NCBI GenBank assembly: GCA_963675785.1
Contig: OY776562.1
Coordinates: 1,920,001 to 1,984,000, forward strand
DNA length: 64,000 bases
Source of the DNA: Anaerolineae bacterium
GTDB lineage: Bacteria; Chloroflexota; Anaerolineae; UBA1429
Direction of reading: 5' to 3'
Numbering within the stretch: position 1 is the first letter of the stretch; every line of letters begins with the position of its first letter. This document shows, one piece after another, positions 20,863 to 30,278 of this stretch. The notes beneath the pieces were generated by a model that saw only the letters and a list, made by a program, of their open reading frames with translations, did not search any database and was not told the DNA's origin. The position numbers and the translations under genes were made by a program.

Positions 20863-20923
20863 ACTGGTCAACTGGTCTGACCACTACACCACTATCTTAA
20901 CACAGTCTGTACAGATCGTGCAA
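20863..20923 (-). promoter_or_regulatory. promoter and FadR-type operator of the reductase operon
   Basis: TTGCAC-18-TAAGAT (extended -10); TGGTCAGACCA palindrome at 20873-20883; extra GACCAGTT half-site. Confidence 0.65.
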
Positions 20924-20946
20924 TAGGCATTTAGACATAAAAACAA

Positions 20947-20976
20947 CGAGGGTCAGAGCGTTTGCTCTGACCCTCG
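20947..20976 (-). terminator. terminator of the surface-protein gene
   Basis: Perfect 13-bp stem CGAGGGTCAGAGC/GCTCTGACCCTCG followed on the minus strand by TTGTTTTT. Confidence 0.85.
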
Positions 20977-20992
20977 ATTGTAACGAACCTAT

Positions 20993-23900
20993 CTACTTTT
21001 CGGTCTCTTTCTTGTTACGGCTGGAGATTAGACCAACCATACCCAGTAGTCCGAGGAACCCCACCTTTAGCCATAGAACCAGGCCGTTGTTGGCAGAGGT
21101 AACCATGTCGATGTTACCCGTCTGAGGAAGCACTGGCGGTGTAACAATCTCTTCAGTGGTACCCTTGTCATAAAGCTGGTAGTAGAAGACGTACTGGTTG
21201 CAACGTCGTACGGTAACCGTGGCACTTGAAGGATTCTCTGTGCTCCAATCCTCACTCGGCGATTCAACGCGTACCAGTCGGTATTCCCAACGAGTCGCAT
21301 CAAGGCCCGAAGGAAGCTCGGGGGCTACCTGAACGCTCCAACTGCCGCTCTCAGGAGGATACAAAGTCCACATGACCTGTGCTTCGCCATCCGCGTTGGT
21401 TTCGGTATAGAGCATATCCTGCTCTGTGCCGCCTACCCAGGCGCGTACTGCGATGTCGTTCCAGCCGCCATAGATGACGACTGATACGTCTGCTCTCACA
21501 CAGTCCTCGGGCTCTTCATAGTACGGCACTTCAAGATCAACGCTCCAGCTGTCCTCGACAGGACCCGCTTCATCAGCCTCAGCTACAGCGGTGTTGATAA
21601 TGGGGCCAGGCAGGTCAGCTTCGCCAACCGGTCCATAGCTTACCGTCAACACTACTGATGCACCTGGAGCCAATTCGGCCAGTGTCTCTGTATAGCCCAA
21701 CCTTGCGTCGGTGACCACCACATTGTGCAAGGTCACATCGCCCGTATTCATCACAGTGATCTCATAGTCGATCGTGTCGCCCACCTCAGCTGTAGCAGGT
21801 CCGGTCTTGGTAATAGCCAGGCCAGGCGTGCTTACAACCACTGTGGTCCAATCATCTTCTTCGGGATCCGTCTCGTCGCTATCGGCTACTGCCGTGTTGA
21901 CGACCTGATCTCCGTCAGCCTCAGTAACGGGGCCATAGCTCGCATTGATCGTCTCAGAGTCACCTACTGCAAGTAGCGCAATGGTCTGGTTCAAGCCAAG
22001 CTTGGCATCTGTGACGACTACATTGTTCAAGTCTACGTTGCCGATGTTGGTAACTGTAATCTCATAGTCAATCATCTCACCGATGTTGACGACGGCATCA
22101 CCGGTCTTGACGATTTCCAACGCGGCGCGCGGCTCGAACGGCTGTTCGATCTCGACGTCATGGTCATCGCTGACAGGACCCGTTTCATCACTATCGGCGG
22201 TAGCTACGTTGTGCACCGGTCCGGGCTGATCCGCCTCACTCACTGGACCATAGGTTCCAGTAATGACTTGCGAAGCGCCCACAGCCAGTTCAGGCAGCGT
22301 GGCCACCAAGCCGAGCTTGGTATCCGTGACCACCACATTGTGCAATGTCACATTGCCAATGTTACTTACGGTGATAGTGTATTCGATATAGTCACCAGCA
22401 ACTACCGTGGACGGACCAGTCTTATCGATGGCCAGGCCAGGCTCTGTAGCAAGATCAACGGTGACGTCATCCTGTACGGATTGTGTCTGATCACTGGCAG
22501 CATACGCTACGTTGTACACCGAAGGTAGATCATCCTCGGTCACAGGACCATAGCTGCCCGTTACTACTTTGCTCTCCTGCGGTGCCAGGCTGCCGACGTT
22601 CTGGCTGATGCCCAGCTTCGCATCCGTCACCACAACGTTCGTCAGGGTGATGTCGCCGTCGTTCGTTACTGTGATCGTGTAGTTGATGGTGCCGCCTATC
22701 GCTACCACACTCACGTCTGCTACTTTGTCAATCGTCAAACCAGGATTCGTGTTGATCGTAACGTCTGCATCGTCATTCACAGACTCTGTCTGGTCACTGA
22801 CTGCATATGCTACGTTGTGTACTAGCGGTACATCACTCTCTGCAACAGGTCCGTATGTCCCCGTCACAACCTTGCTCGCGCCTACCGCCAGGCTGCCTAC
22901 GTTCTGGTTGATGCCCAGCTTCGCATCCGTCACCACAACGTTCGTCAGGGTGATGTCGCCATTGTTCGTTACTGTGATCGTGTAGTTGATCGTGTCACCG
23001 ATCTCCGCCACACTCACGTCTGCTACTTTGTCAATCGTCAAACCAGGATTCGTATTGATCGTAACGTCTGCATCGTCATTCACAGACTCTGTCTGGTCAC
23101 TGACTGCATACGCTACGTTGTGTACTAGCGGTACATCACTCTCTGCAACAGGTCCGTATGTCCCCGTCACAACCTTGCTCGCGCCTACCGCCAGGCTGCC
23201 CACGTTCTGGTTGATGCTCAACTTGGCGTCTGTCACCACAACGTTCGTCAGGGTGATGTCGCCGTCGTTCGTTACTGTGATCGTGTAGTTGATCGTGTCA
23301 CCGATCTCCGCCACACTCACGTCTGCTACTTTGTCAATCGTCAAGCCAGGATTCGTGTTGATCGTAACGTCTGCATCGTCGTTCACAGACTCTGTCTGGT
23401 CACTGACTGCATATGCTACGTTGTGTACTAGCGGTACGTCGCTCTCTGCAACAGGTCCGTATGTCCCCGTCACAACCTTGCTCGCGCCTACCGCCAGGCT
23501 GCCCACGTTCTGGTTGATGCTCAACTTGGCGTCTGTCACCACAACGTTCGTCAGGGTGATGTCGCCATTGTTCGTCACTGTGATCGTGTAGTTGATCGTG
23601 TCACCGATCTCCGCCACACTCACGTCTGCTACTTTGTCAATCGTCAATGACGGGTTGGTCTCGATCTCGACGTCTGCATCATCGTTCACAGACTCTGTCT
23701 GGTCACTGACTGCATATGCTACGTTGTGAATCAATGGCACGTCGCTCTCGGCAACAGGCCCATAGCTGCCTGTTACGTCCTTGCTTGCACCTGGCGCCAA
23801 GCTGCCCACGTTCTGGTCGATGCTCAACTTGGCATCCGTCACCACAACGTTCGTCAGGGTGATGTCGCCGTCGTTCGTTACTGTGATCGTGTAGTTGATC

Positions 23901-26557
23901 GTGTCACCGATCTCCGCCACACTCACGTCTGCTACTTTGTCAATCGTCAAACCAGGATTCGTATTGATCGTAACGTCTGCATCGTCGTTCACAGACTCGG
24001 TCTGATCACTGACTGCATATGCTACGTTGTGTACTAGCGGTACATCGCTCTCTGCAACAGGTCCGTATGTCCCCGTCACAACCTTGCTCGCGCCTACCGC
24101 CAGGCTGCCTACGTTCTGGTTGATGCTCAACTTTGCATCCGTCACCGTCACGTTCGTCAGCGTGATATCGCCATTGTTCGTTACTGTGATCGTGTAGTTG
24201 ATCGTGTCACCGATCTCCGCCACACTCACGTCAGCGACTTTGTCGATCGCCAAACCAGGATTCGTATTGATCGTAACGTCTGCATCGTCATTCACAGACT
24301 CTGTCTGGTCACTGACTGCATACGCTACGTTGTGTACTAGCGGTACGTCGCTCTCGGCAACAGGTCCGTATGTCCCCGTCACAACCTTGCTCGCGCCTAC
24401 CGCCAGGCTGCCTACGTTCTGGTTGATGCTCAACTTGGCGTCTGTCACCACAACGTTCGTCAGGGTGATGTCGCCGTCGTTCGTTACTGTGATCGTGTAG
24501 TTGATCGTGTCACCGATCTCCGCCACACTCACGTCTGCTACTTTGTCAATCGTCAAACCAGGATTCGTATTGATCGTAACGTCTGCATCGTCATTCACAG
24601 ACTCTGTCTGGTCACTGACTGCATACGCTACGTTGTGTACTAGCGGTACGTCGCTCTCGGCAACAGGTCCGTATGTCCCCGTCACAACCTTGCTCGCGCC
24701 TACCGCCAGGCTGCCCACGTTCTGGTTGATGCTCAACTTGGCGTCTGTCACCACAACGTTCGTCAGGGTGATGTCGCCATTGTTCGTTACTGTGATCGTG
24801 TAGTTGATCGTGTCACCGATCTCCGCCACACTCACGTCTGCTACTTTGTCAATCGTCAATGATGGATTAACGACGTCAACTGTAGCGCCATCCTCATCAT
24901 CGACCGTCCTATCGAGCTCGTCATCGCCGCTTACGGTAGCGGTATTCACAACATCTGCAGAACCTGCGATAGTCAGCGTACCAATCCAGGTCCAAGTCTC
25001 ACCGACCTGCATGATGTCATCGTCTGTACCACTCTCTACAGGAGCATCGAGGGTTACACCAGGAAGACCGTCATCGATCTGGATGTTGTAAAGCGGTGTA
25101 TCGCCAGTATTTTCAGCAACGAGCGTATAGGTCACTACGTCGCCGGCCTGAGCGACCGTAGGTGAAACACTCTTGGTCAGTTCGATGGCAGGTGAAATAA
25201 CTTCCACAAACTCGCTATCCGTGTCACTGACACGCCCACCCAGCACATCATAACCTTCAGCCGTAGCTGTGTTCGAGATATCCGAACTCCCTGCGGTCAA
25301 GGTCGCCTCATAGGTCCATGACTCAGCCGGAGCCAAAACAGCGTCGCCGTTGCCATCATCCACCAGCGTCAAGCTGGAGAGACCAGCAAGAGGATCCGTT
25401 ACGTCAACAGAAGTGAGATTCGCGTCACCGGTGTTGGTTACCACAAACTCATAAGTAACCGTGTCACCTTCATGAAGGGTATCCGCATCCGCTGTCTTGA
25501 CGATCTCGATATCGGGATGAATGACTGTGAACTCGGCCGTATCTGTATCAGAGACGCTCGTGCTATCGCCTACGACATCGGCTGTTACCGTCGCGGTGTT
25601 GACAAAGCCAGCCGCAGGAGCCGAATTGAGTTGGCCGGTGTAGGTCCAAGTCTCGCCAACACTGAGGATGCCGTCGTTGCCCACATCGCCAGAACGAGTA
25701 GAAATGCTGTCCAGCAAGGGGTCGCTTAGCACGACGTTATCCAGATCCACGTCACCGTTGTTCGTCACCTCAAAGCTATAGCCAACCGAATCACCCTCGT
25801 AAACCACAGGGTCATCAACCGTCTTGGTGAGGCTGATGGAAGGCTCGGCCACAATGATGCGGCCGATGAGAACTGCATTATTCTCTGCATCCTCTTCGGT
25901 GATGAACTGATTGATCGGGGTATCGCTGGGGTCATAGCTGCTCAGGGTGCCGGGAATAAAACCAACGATCTGCAGTGTGTAAAACACGCCGCCGATTTCA
26001 AAAGTCTCGTTGGCAACTGTGTCGGCAAAGTCTACTTTGTCGTTGCAGTTTCCGCCATACTCGCACCACCCCGAGTTAGGAGTTTCCTCAAGTTGTACCG
26101 TATAGTTCAATGTGGTCGAGATGGCGGGATCCGTAAAGTTCAACGTAATCGCCAAATCAACCAGATCCATTTTATTACTTGCCTGAATCGGGTTGTTATA
26201 GTGGGTAAACTCACCCAGAACAAAGGTCTCGCCAGGGGCAAACGATATACTCTGCACGCCATGGAATCCGAAACCGCTTTGCCTCGTCAGATCTAAGGAA
26301 GAGGGACAATAATAACTGCTCCATCCCGGAACATTTCCGTACGCCACAGCATTTTCGTCCGTCGTATTCGCTGTGTTAGAGTACTTGAGACATGTGGGCG
26401 TCCCGCCGCTTGTTGTTCGTGCATTTGACCACGTGCCATCTGTGTACCCCAAGGTGTACGCCGAAACAGCCGCTGGCGTAATTCCCGAGGTCATTAAAAT
26501 GGCTACGATGGCCAAAAGCACTCGCCAAATCGATGAAACTGTATGCTTTTTGTTCAT
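20993..26557 (-). CDS. large sortase-anchored surface protein/adhesin: THxN (choice-of-anchor K-like) head, DUF11-like Ig repeats, LPQTG anchor
   Basis: Signal peptide; FTHYNNPI motif; repeated 'L.I.K....GDTINYTITVTN.GD..L.NV.V.D' units; C-terminal LPQTG, TM helix and basic tail RNKKETEK. Confidence 0.88.
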   Translation of the reverse strand: MNKKHTVSSIWRVLLAIVAILMTSGITPAAVSAYTLGYTDGTWSNARTTSGGTPTCLKYSNTANTTDENAVAYGNVPGWSSYYCPSSLDLTRQSGFGFHGVQSISFAPGETFVLGEFTHYNNPIQASNKMDLVDLAITLNFTDPAISTTLNYTVQLEETPNSGWCEYGGNCNDKVDFADTVANETFEIGGVFYTLQIVGFIPGTLSSYDPSDTPINQFITEEDAENNAVLIGRIIVAEPSISLTKTVDDPVVYEGDSVGYSFEVTNNGDVDLDNVVLSDPLLDSISTRSGDVGNDGILSVGETWTYTGQLNSAPAAGFVNTATVTADVVGDSTSVSDTDTAEFTVIHPDIEIVKTADADTLHEGDTVTYEFVVTNTGDANLTSVDVTDPLAGLSSLTLVDDGNGDAVLAPAESWTYEATLTAGSSDISNTATAEGYDVLGGRVSDTDSEFVEVISPAIELTKSVSPTVAQAGDVVTYTLVAENTGDTPLYNIQIDDGLPGVTLDAPVESGTDDDIMQVGETWTWIGTLTIAGSADVVNTATVSGDDELDRTVDDEDGATVDVVNPSLTIDKVADVSVAEIGDTINYTITVTNNGDITLTNVVVTDAKLSINQNVGSLAVGASKVVTGTYGPVAESDVPLVHNVAYAVSDQTESVNDDADVTINTNPGLTIDKVADVSVAEIGDTINYTITVTNDGDITLTNVVVTDAKLSINQNVGSLAVGASKVVTGTYGPVAESDVPLVHNVAYAVSDQTESVNDDADVTINTNPGLAIDKVADVSVAEIGDTINYTITVTNNGDITLTNVTVTDAKLSINQNVGSLAVGASKVVTGTYGPVAESDVPLVHNVAYAVSDQTESVNDDADVTINTNPGLTIDKVADVSVAEIGDTINYTITVTNDGDITLTNVVVTDAKLSIDQNVGSLAPGASKDVTGSYGPVAESDVPLIHNVAYAVSDQTESVNDDADVEIETNPSLTIDKVADVSVAEIGDTINYTITVTNNGDITLTNVVVTDAKLSINQNVGSLAVGASKVVTGTYGPVAESDVPLVHNVAYAVSDQTESVNDDADVTINTNPGLTIDKVADVSVAEIGDTINYTITVTNDGDITLTNVVVTDAKLSINQNVGSLAVGASKVVTGTYGPVAESDVPLVHNVAYAVSDQTESVNDDADVTINTNPGLTIDKVADVSVAEIGDTINYTITVTNNGDITLTNVVVTDAKLGINQNVGSLAVGASKVVTGTYGPVAESDVPLVHNVAYAVSDQTESVNDDADVTINTNPGLTIDKVADVSVVAIGGTINYTITVTNDGDITLTNVVVTDAKLGISQNVGSLAPQESKVVTGSYGPVTEDDLPSVYNVAYAASDQTQSVQDDVTVDLATEPGLAIDKTGPSTVVAGDYIEYTITVSNIGNVTLHNVVVTDTKLGLVATLPELAVGASQVITGTYGPVSEADQPGPVHNVATADSDETGPVSDDHDVEIEQPFEPRAALEIVKTGDAVVNIGEMIDYEITVTNIGNVDLNNVVVTDAKLGLNQTIALLAVGDSETINASYGPVTEADGDQVVNTAVADSDETDPEEDDWTTVVVSTPGLAITKTGPATAEVGDTIDYEITVMNTGDVTLHNVVVTDARLGYTETLAELAPGASVVLTVSYGPVGEADLPGPIINTAVAEADEAGPVEDSWSVDLEVPYYEEPEDCVRADVSVVIYGGWNDIAVRAWVGGTEQDMLYTETNADGEAQVMWTLYPPESGSWSVQVAPELPSGLDATRWEYRLVRVESPSEDWSTENPSSATVTVRRCNQYVFYYQLYDKGTTEEIVTPPVLPQTGNIDMVTSANNGLVLWLKVGFLGLLGMVGLISSRNKKETEK
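22445..24868 (-). repeat. eight tandem 303-bp (101-aa) intragenic repeats
   Basis: The same landmark sequence recurs at 22683, 22986, 23289, 23592, 23895, 24198, 24501 and 24804; near-identical DNA. Confidence 0.96.
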
Positions 26558-26629
26558 GGCCTTCCTCACTTAACCTGAGACGTTCGTTGCATAATTTCCT
26601 GAACGTAAAGAATGCGTAAGTTCGCATTC

Positions 26630-26683
26630 AGTATGCCATGGCAAGGTAAAAGTGAGGTTACACGCCGGTATGTTGTATGTTAG
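26630..26683 (-). promoter_or_regulatory. putative activator-dependent promoter with four 11-bp-periodic hexamers
   Basis: CTAACA-N5-CATACC-N5-GTAACC-N5-TTTACC followed by TGgCATACT. Confidence 0.4.
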
Positions 26684-26715
26684 CATTTGAGAGCGCTTTG
26701 GTTAGGGGAATTTAT

Positions 26716-26762
26716 AAAAAAGCCATATTGAGGACAATATAGCCCTCAATACGGCTTTTTTT
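26716..26762. terminator. terminator after phnE
   Basis: A6-GCCATATTGAGG...CCTCAATACGGC-T7. Confidence 0.8.
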
Positions 26763-26782
26763 GTGAAAGGGGGAAATGACTG

Positions 26783-28261
26783 TCAGACGATGCGTTCTCG
26801 GATGCGCGCGCTCACGTTGTCGAGGATCATAACCACGGCAACGATCAAGATAACGGCGACGCTGACTTTGCGCCACTGACCGAGGTTTTGAAACTGGAAC
26901 AGCATCTGACCAATACCACCACCGCCCACCAAACCGATGATGGTGCTCATACGAACGTTGATATCCCAACGGTAAATTGTAAAAGAGATATACGGTGGAA
27001 TGATCTGCGGTATGACTGCATAGACAATAGTCTGCAAGTCGTTGGCACCAGTAGCTCTTACAGCCTCCAGCGGCCCCTCTTCGATACCCTCGATCTGCTC
27101 AGAGTAGAGTTTAGCCAGCGCCGCGATAGAGTGAACCATCAACGCGACCATGCCGGGAAACGGGCCAAGGCGGAACCAGGTAACGAATATCAATGCCCAA
27201 ACAAAAGCCTCGATGGAACGAATAACATTCAGGATGAAGCGAATCACACTATAAATCATGCGCCCAACTGGGAATTCGCTTTCGAATTTGCGCGAGAATG
27301 AAAATGCGGCTCCCCCAACAGCCCCAGCAACCAGAACCACATAGGGCCAAATACCAAAGTCGCGCACAAAGATATCCCAGGAGGCCGCAAAGGCCACTGC
27401 CGAAACCAAAGCACTCAGCACATAAGCTGCGCCAACCCCGAGCACGGTACACATAATCCCATTGACAACCTTTTCAAGGCCCTGATTATGCGCATCATGT
27501 ACACGCTGCATCAATTTACCGCCCAGCGTGATGCCTCCAATAAGACCGGCAAGAAGCAGAATAGGTGTCATAATGCCGGTAAGAAGATCGGTATAGAGAT
27601 TGGTATTAACAAATGGCAGGAACATCCATGTGCCCAGCTTCATGCCCAACCAGGCCCCACCGATACCGAGCAGGAACATGCCCAACAGCTTACCCCAGGT
27701 TGAAGTGATGCGGTACATGAGGTTTCGTGCAGCAAAAAAGCTCAAGATGACGGCAATAGGAATTGCAAAGATCGTAGACATCAAGGCCAGGAAGATGGTC
27801 TCAATAAGCTTCTCGATCAGGCCGGGCAGAATGTTCCACTGAGGCCGAAAGAGACGCTCGGTCATGTTGGTCATGTTATCAGCGCGCGTGAATACGTATT
27901 CGAGATTGATCTCGGTGATATTCCAACCCAGTACAAAAGTGACCACACCAAGAATAATGCCGGTCCAAGCAACTTGAGTCTTGTACCAAGGCACTCTTTG
28001 GGGCGTCGACGACGTCTTTACATCGTCGCCCTTATCTGTTAGGCCGTTTGTACGCTCGCCAATTGACGTTCCCAGGTGCTCCATGACAAAGGCGAGCACC
28101 GCTCCCAATACAACAGCCCCCAGATAGAGAGCCCAGTTGTATTGAAAATCCTCCAAGTCCTCACGAAAGAAATAGACGCTGGCTGCCGGGATATAAGCCC
28201 AGATAAGCCAATCGACGAGAAAGGCGCGAGTGCGCGCGCGGCGAGTGTCATTCTGTTCCAT
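26783..28261 (-). CDS. phnE: phosphonate/phosphite-type ABC transporter permease (enlarged)
   Basis: ETIFLALMST..FAARNL, LAKLYSEQIE, EAVRATGA, YRWDINVRMSTIIGLVGGGGIG. Confidence 0.9.
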   Translation of the reverse strand: MEQNDTRRARTRAFLVDWLIWAYIPAASVYFFREDLEDFQYNWALYLGAVVLGAVLAFVMEHLGTSIGERTNGLTDKGDDVKTSSTPQRVPWYKTQVAWTGIILGVVTFVLGWNITEINLEYVFTRADNMTNMTERLFRPQWNILPGLIEKLIETIFLALMSTIFAIPIAVILSFFAARNLMYRITSTWGKLLGMFLLGIGGAWLGMKLGTWMFLPFVNTNLYTDLLTGIMTPILLLAGLIGGITLGGKLMQRVHDAHNQGLEKVVNGIMCTVLGVGAAYVLSALVSAVAFAASWDIFVRDFGIWPYVVLVAGAVGGAAFSFSRKFESEFPVGRMIYSVIRFILNVIRSIEAFVWALIFVTWFRLGPFPGMVALMVHSIAALAKLYSEQIEGIEEGPLEAVRATGANDLQTIVYAVIPQIIPPYISFTIYRWDINVRMSTIIGLVGGGGIGQMLFQFQNLGQWRKVSVAVILIVAVVMILDNVSARIRERIV

Positions 28262-29019
28262 CAGTTCACCCCCACTTCTTGCGCATCCTCGCCATAGATC
28301 TCTTTGAACCGATCGCGATCAATCTCGTTGGGCTTGCCATCAAAGATGAGGCGGCCCTCTTTGAGCGCAACGATTCTTGTTCCATAGCGTCTGGCCAGAT
28401 CTAGAAAGTGTAGGTTGCAAATAACGGTAATATTATCTTCTTGGTTAATCTGTTCCAGATATTTGAGCACAGAATGTGATGTTGCTGGATCCAAGGCCGA
28501 TACTGGTTCATCGGCCAGCACGATATCTGGTTCTTGCATCAATGCCCGAGCAATGCCGACGCGCTGTTGCTGTCCACCAGAAAGCTCGTCTGCGCGTGCA
28601 TAGGTTTTTTCAACAATGCCTACTCTCTTTAGGTTGGCCATCGCTCGGTCCATCTCTTCTTTAGGAAAGCGATGAAATAGGCTTGAAATAGTTGGCATAT
28701 AACCCAAACGACCAGATAACACATTAGTCAATACGGTAGAGCGGTTGACAAGATTAAAGTGCTGAAACACCATACCAATCTTGCGGCGAATCAGGCGCAA
28801 TTCCTCAGGAGAAGCCGCAGTGACATCTATGCCGTTATAGATCACCTGGCCTTCAGTTGGATCGACAAGCCGGTTGATACAGCGCATGAGCGTAGACTTG
28901 CCCGAGCCACTCAGACCAATAACCACCAGAAACTCCCCATCCTCGACGGTGAGATTCACATGGCGCAACGCCTGAACGCCCCCTTCATACGTATGGGAAA
29001 GATCTCGTATTTCGAGCAC
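28261..29019 (-). CDS. phnC: phosphonate ABC transporter ATP-binding protein
   Basis: [47 protein letters not shown]. Confidence 0.94.
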   Translation of the reverse strand: MLEIRDLSHTYEGGVQALRHVNLTVEDGEFLVVIGLSGSGKSTLMRCINRLVDPTEGQVIYNGIDVTAASPEELRLIRRKIGMVFQHFNLVNRSTVLTNVLSGRLGYMPTISSLFHRFPKEEMDRAMANLKRVGIVEKTYARADELSGGQQQRVGIARALMQEPDIVLADEPVSALDPATSHSVLKYLEQINQEDNITVICNLHFLDLARRYGTRIVALKEGRLIFDGKPNEIDRDRFKEIYGEDAQEVGVN

Positions 29020-29040
29020 GGATGCCCTCCTTTTTTGAAC

Positions 29041-29115
29041 CGTGGGGAGCCCTCAAAACATCCTCTTGAGGCTCTCCCCACGACACGTGACCCGCCGAGT
29101 TCGGCGGGTCACGTG
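29041..29115. other. two adjacent intercistronic hairpins after phnD (mRNA stabiliser/attenuator)
   Basis: CGTGGGGAG...CTCCCCACG and perfect CACGTGACCCGCCGA-gt-TCGGCGGGTCACGTG. Confidence 0.7.
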
Positions 29116-29123
29116 AGCCAAAA

Positions 29124-30140
29124 TCAGCTCAGAATATCGTCTTCGGTCAGACCGAGAGAGTCGATCATCTGACGGATCGGATCGTAGGTTGAATCATCCA
29201 CAGGATCAAAACCAGTGATGTCATAGAATTCAGAGTTAGCGAGGACTGCTTGGCCCTCTTCAGTCCCGGCATAGTCGATCAGTCCCTGAACCACAGCATC
29301 TTTGACATCCTCAGGAAAGTCCGCGCAGAAACTGACGGTGTCATTAGGAATGGGATCAGAGATAGCCAGGATTGCTACCTTCTCGAGCACATCGGGATAG
29401 GTATCGATGATGGCCGCGCGCGCGTCACGAATCTTTTGACCGTCCTGATAGCCCACAATGCTACCATCGACGTCTTCGTAAGTGAACTCTCCACCGGGCT
29501 CGGGATCATCACCAATAGCCCAGTCATTGCCAGGGGCGCTAAAGTAGACAGTAGCAAAGTCCGCCTGGCCTTCGTACACAGCCGTTACAGCTTGCGGGTG
29601 TCCACCAGCCTCAAACTCTTCACCCGGGGTGATGCCATTCTGGTCAAAGTAGGTGTAAGGAACCAGATAGCCAGAAGTGGAAGTGGTGCTTGGGTAAGCC
29701 CAAGTCTTGCCGTCGAGATCCGCCAACGACTCGATGCCGCTATCGCGAGCGACGACATACTCGGTCCAGTAGTAGGCCCAACCATAGCGAACAGTCGCCA
29801 GGGCAACTTCGGTGCCGTACTTGTCAGCAGCAAGAACATAGCCCATGGCAGGGATAAAGGCCATGGCATCGCCCTCGGCAGCACCCATTTCCTCGACAAC
29901 GGCCGCATAGGTCGTCGGGACAGAAACCTCAAAGTAATAACCGGTCTGCTCGGTCAAATAGTCGGTGATAGCCTCGCCGCTCTCAACGATGACGCCGACT
30001 TCTACAGAAGGCACAAAATAAAGCTTGATGGGGTTCTCTTCAGAACCCACAGTCGCTTCTTCGCCTTTGCAGCCGCCGAGCGCAAAGCTCGATACGAGCA
30101 GCACAGTGACGAGCAATATGGATAGTATCTTCTTGTGCAT
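29124..30140 (-). CDS. phnD: phosphate/phosphite/phosphonate ABC substrate-binding lipoprotein
   Basis: Lipobox LGGC, FVPS, YAAVVEEM, TSTSGYL, GGH, IPND; ATG 30140 after AAGGAGAAGG. Confidence 0.88.
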   Translation of the reverse strand: MHKKILSILLVTVLLVSSFALGGCKGEEATVGSEENPIKLYFVPSVEVGVIVESGEAITDYLTEQTGYYFEVSVPTTYAAVVEEMGAAEGDAMAFIPAMGYVLAADKYGTEVALATVRYGWAYYWTEYVVARDSGIESLADLDGKTWAYPSTTSTSGYLVPYTYFDQNGITPGEEFEAGGHPQAVTAVYEGQADFATVYFSAPGNDWAIGDDPEPGGEFTYEDVDGSIVGYQDGQKIRDARAAIIDTYPDVLEKVAILAISDPIPNDTVSFCADFPEDVKDAVVQGLIDYAGTEEGQAVLANSEFYDITGFDPVDDSTYDPIRQMIDSLGLTEDDILS

Positions 30141-30249
30141 GTCCTTCTCCTTGCGCAACGAATGATGATGGAAACGAGATACCCGGGATAGTTGGCTTGT
30201 TTGTTCCCCCTTCCAAATCAGAAATGAACAAACCGATCCCTCGCTGACT

Positions 30250-30278
30250 ATTCTACCAGAGCAACAGGATGCACTCAA
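30250..30278 (-). promoter_or_regulatory. sigma70-type promoter of phnDCE
   Basis: TTGAGT-17-TAGAAT with an extended -10 TG. Confidence 0.6.

Noticed and set aside
20863-20883. Similarity of GACCAGTTGACCA to the TetR operator at 46519
   Set aside because: Short match, adequately explained by the FadR TGGT-N3-ACCA site.
22445-24868. Possible CRISPR array or DGR template/variable repeats
   Set aside because: The repeats are 303-bp in-frame coding units with no spacers. Differences are not adenine-specific, and no cas or reverse transcriptase gene is in the window.
22683-25091. Repeated 100-aa plus-strand ORFs (and similar ones at 42277 and 43060)
   Set aside because: Antisense shadows of the coding repeats, with no RBS or recognisable domain.
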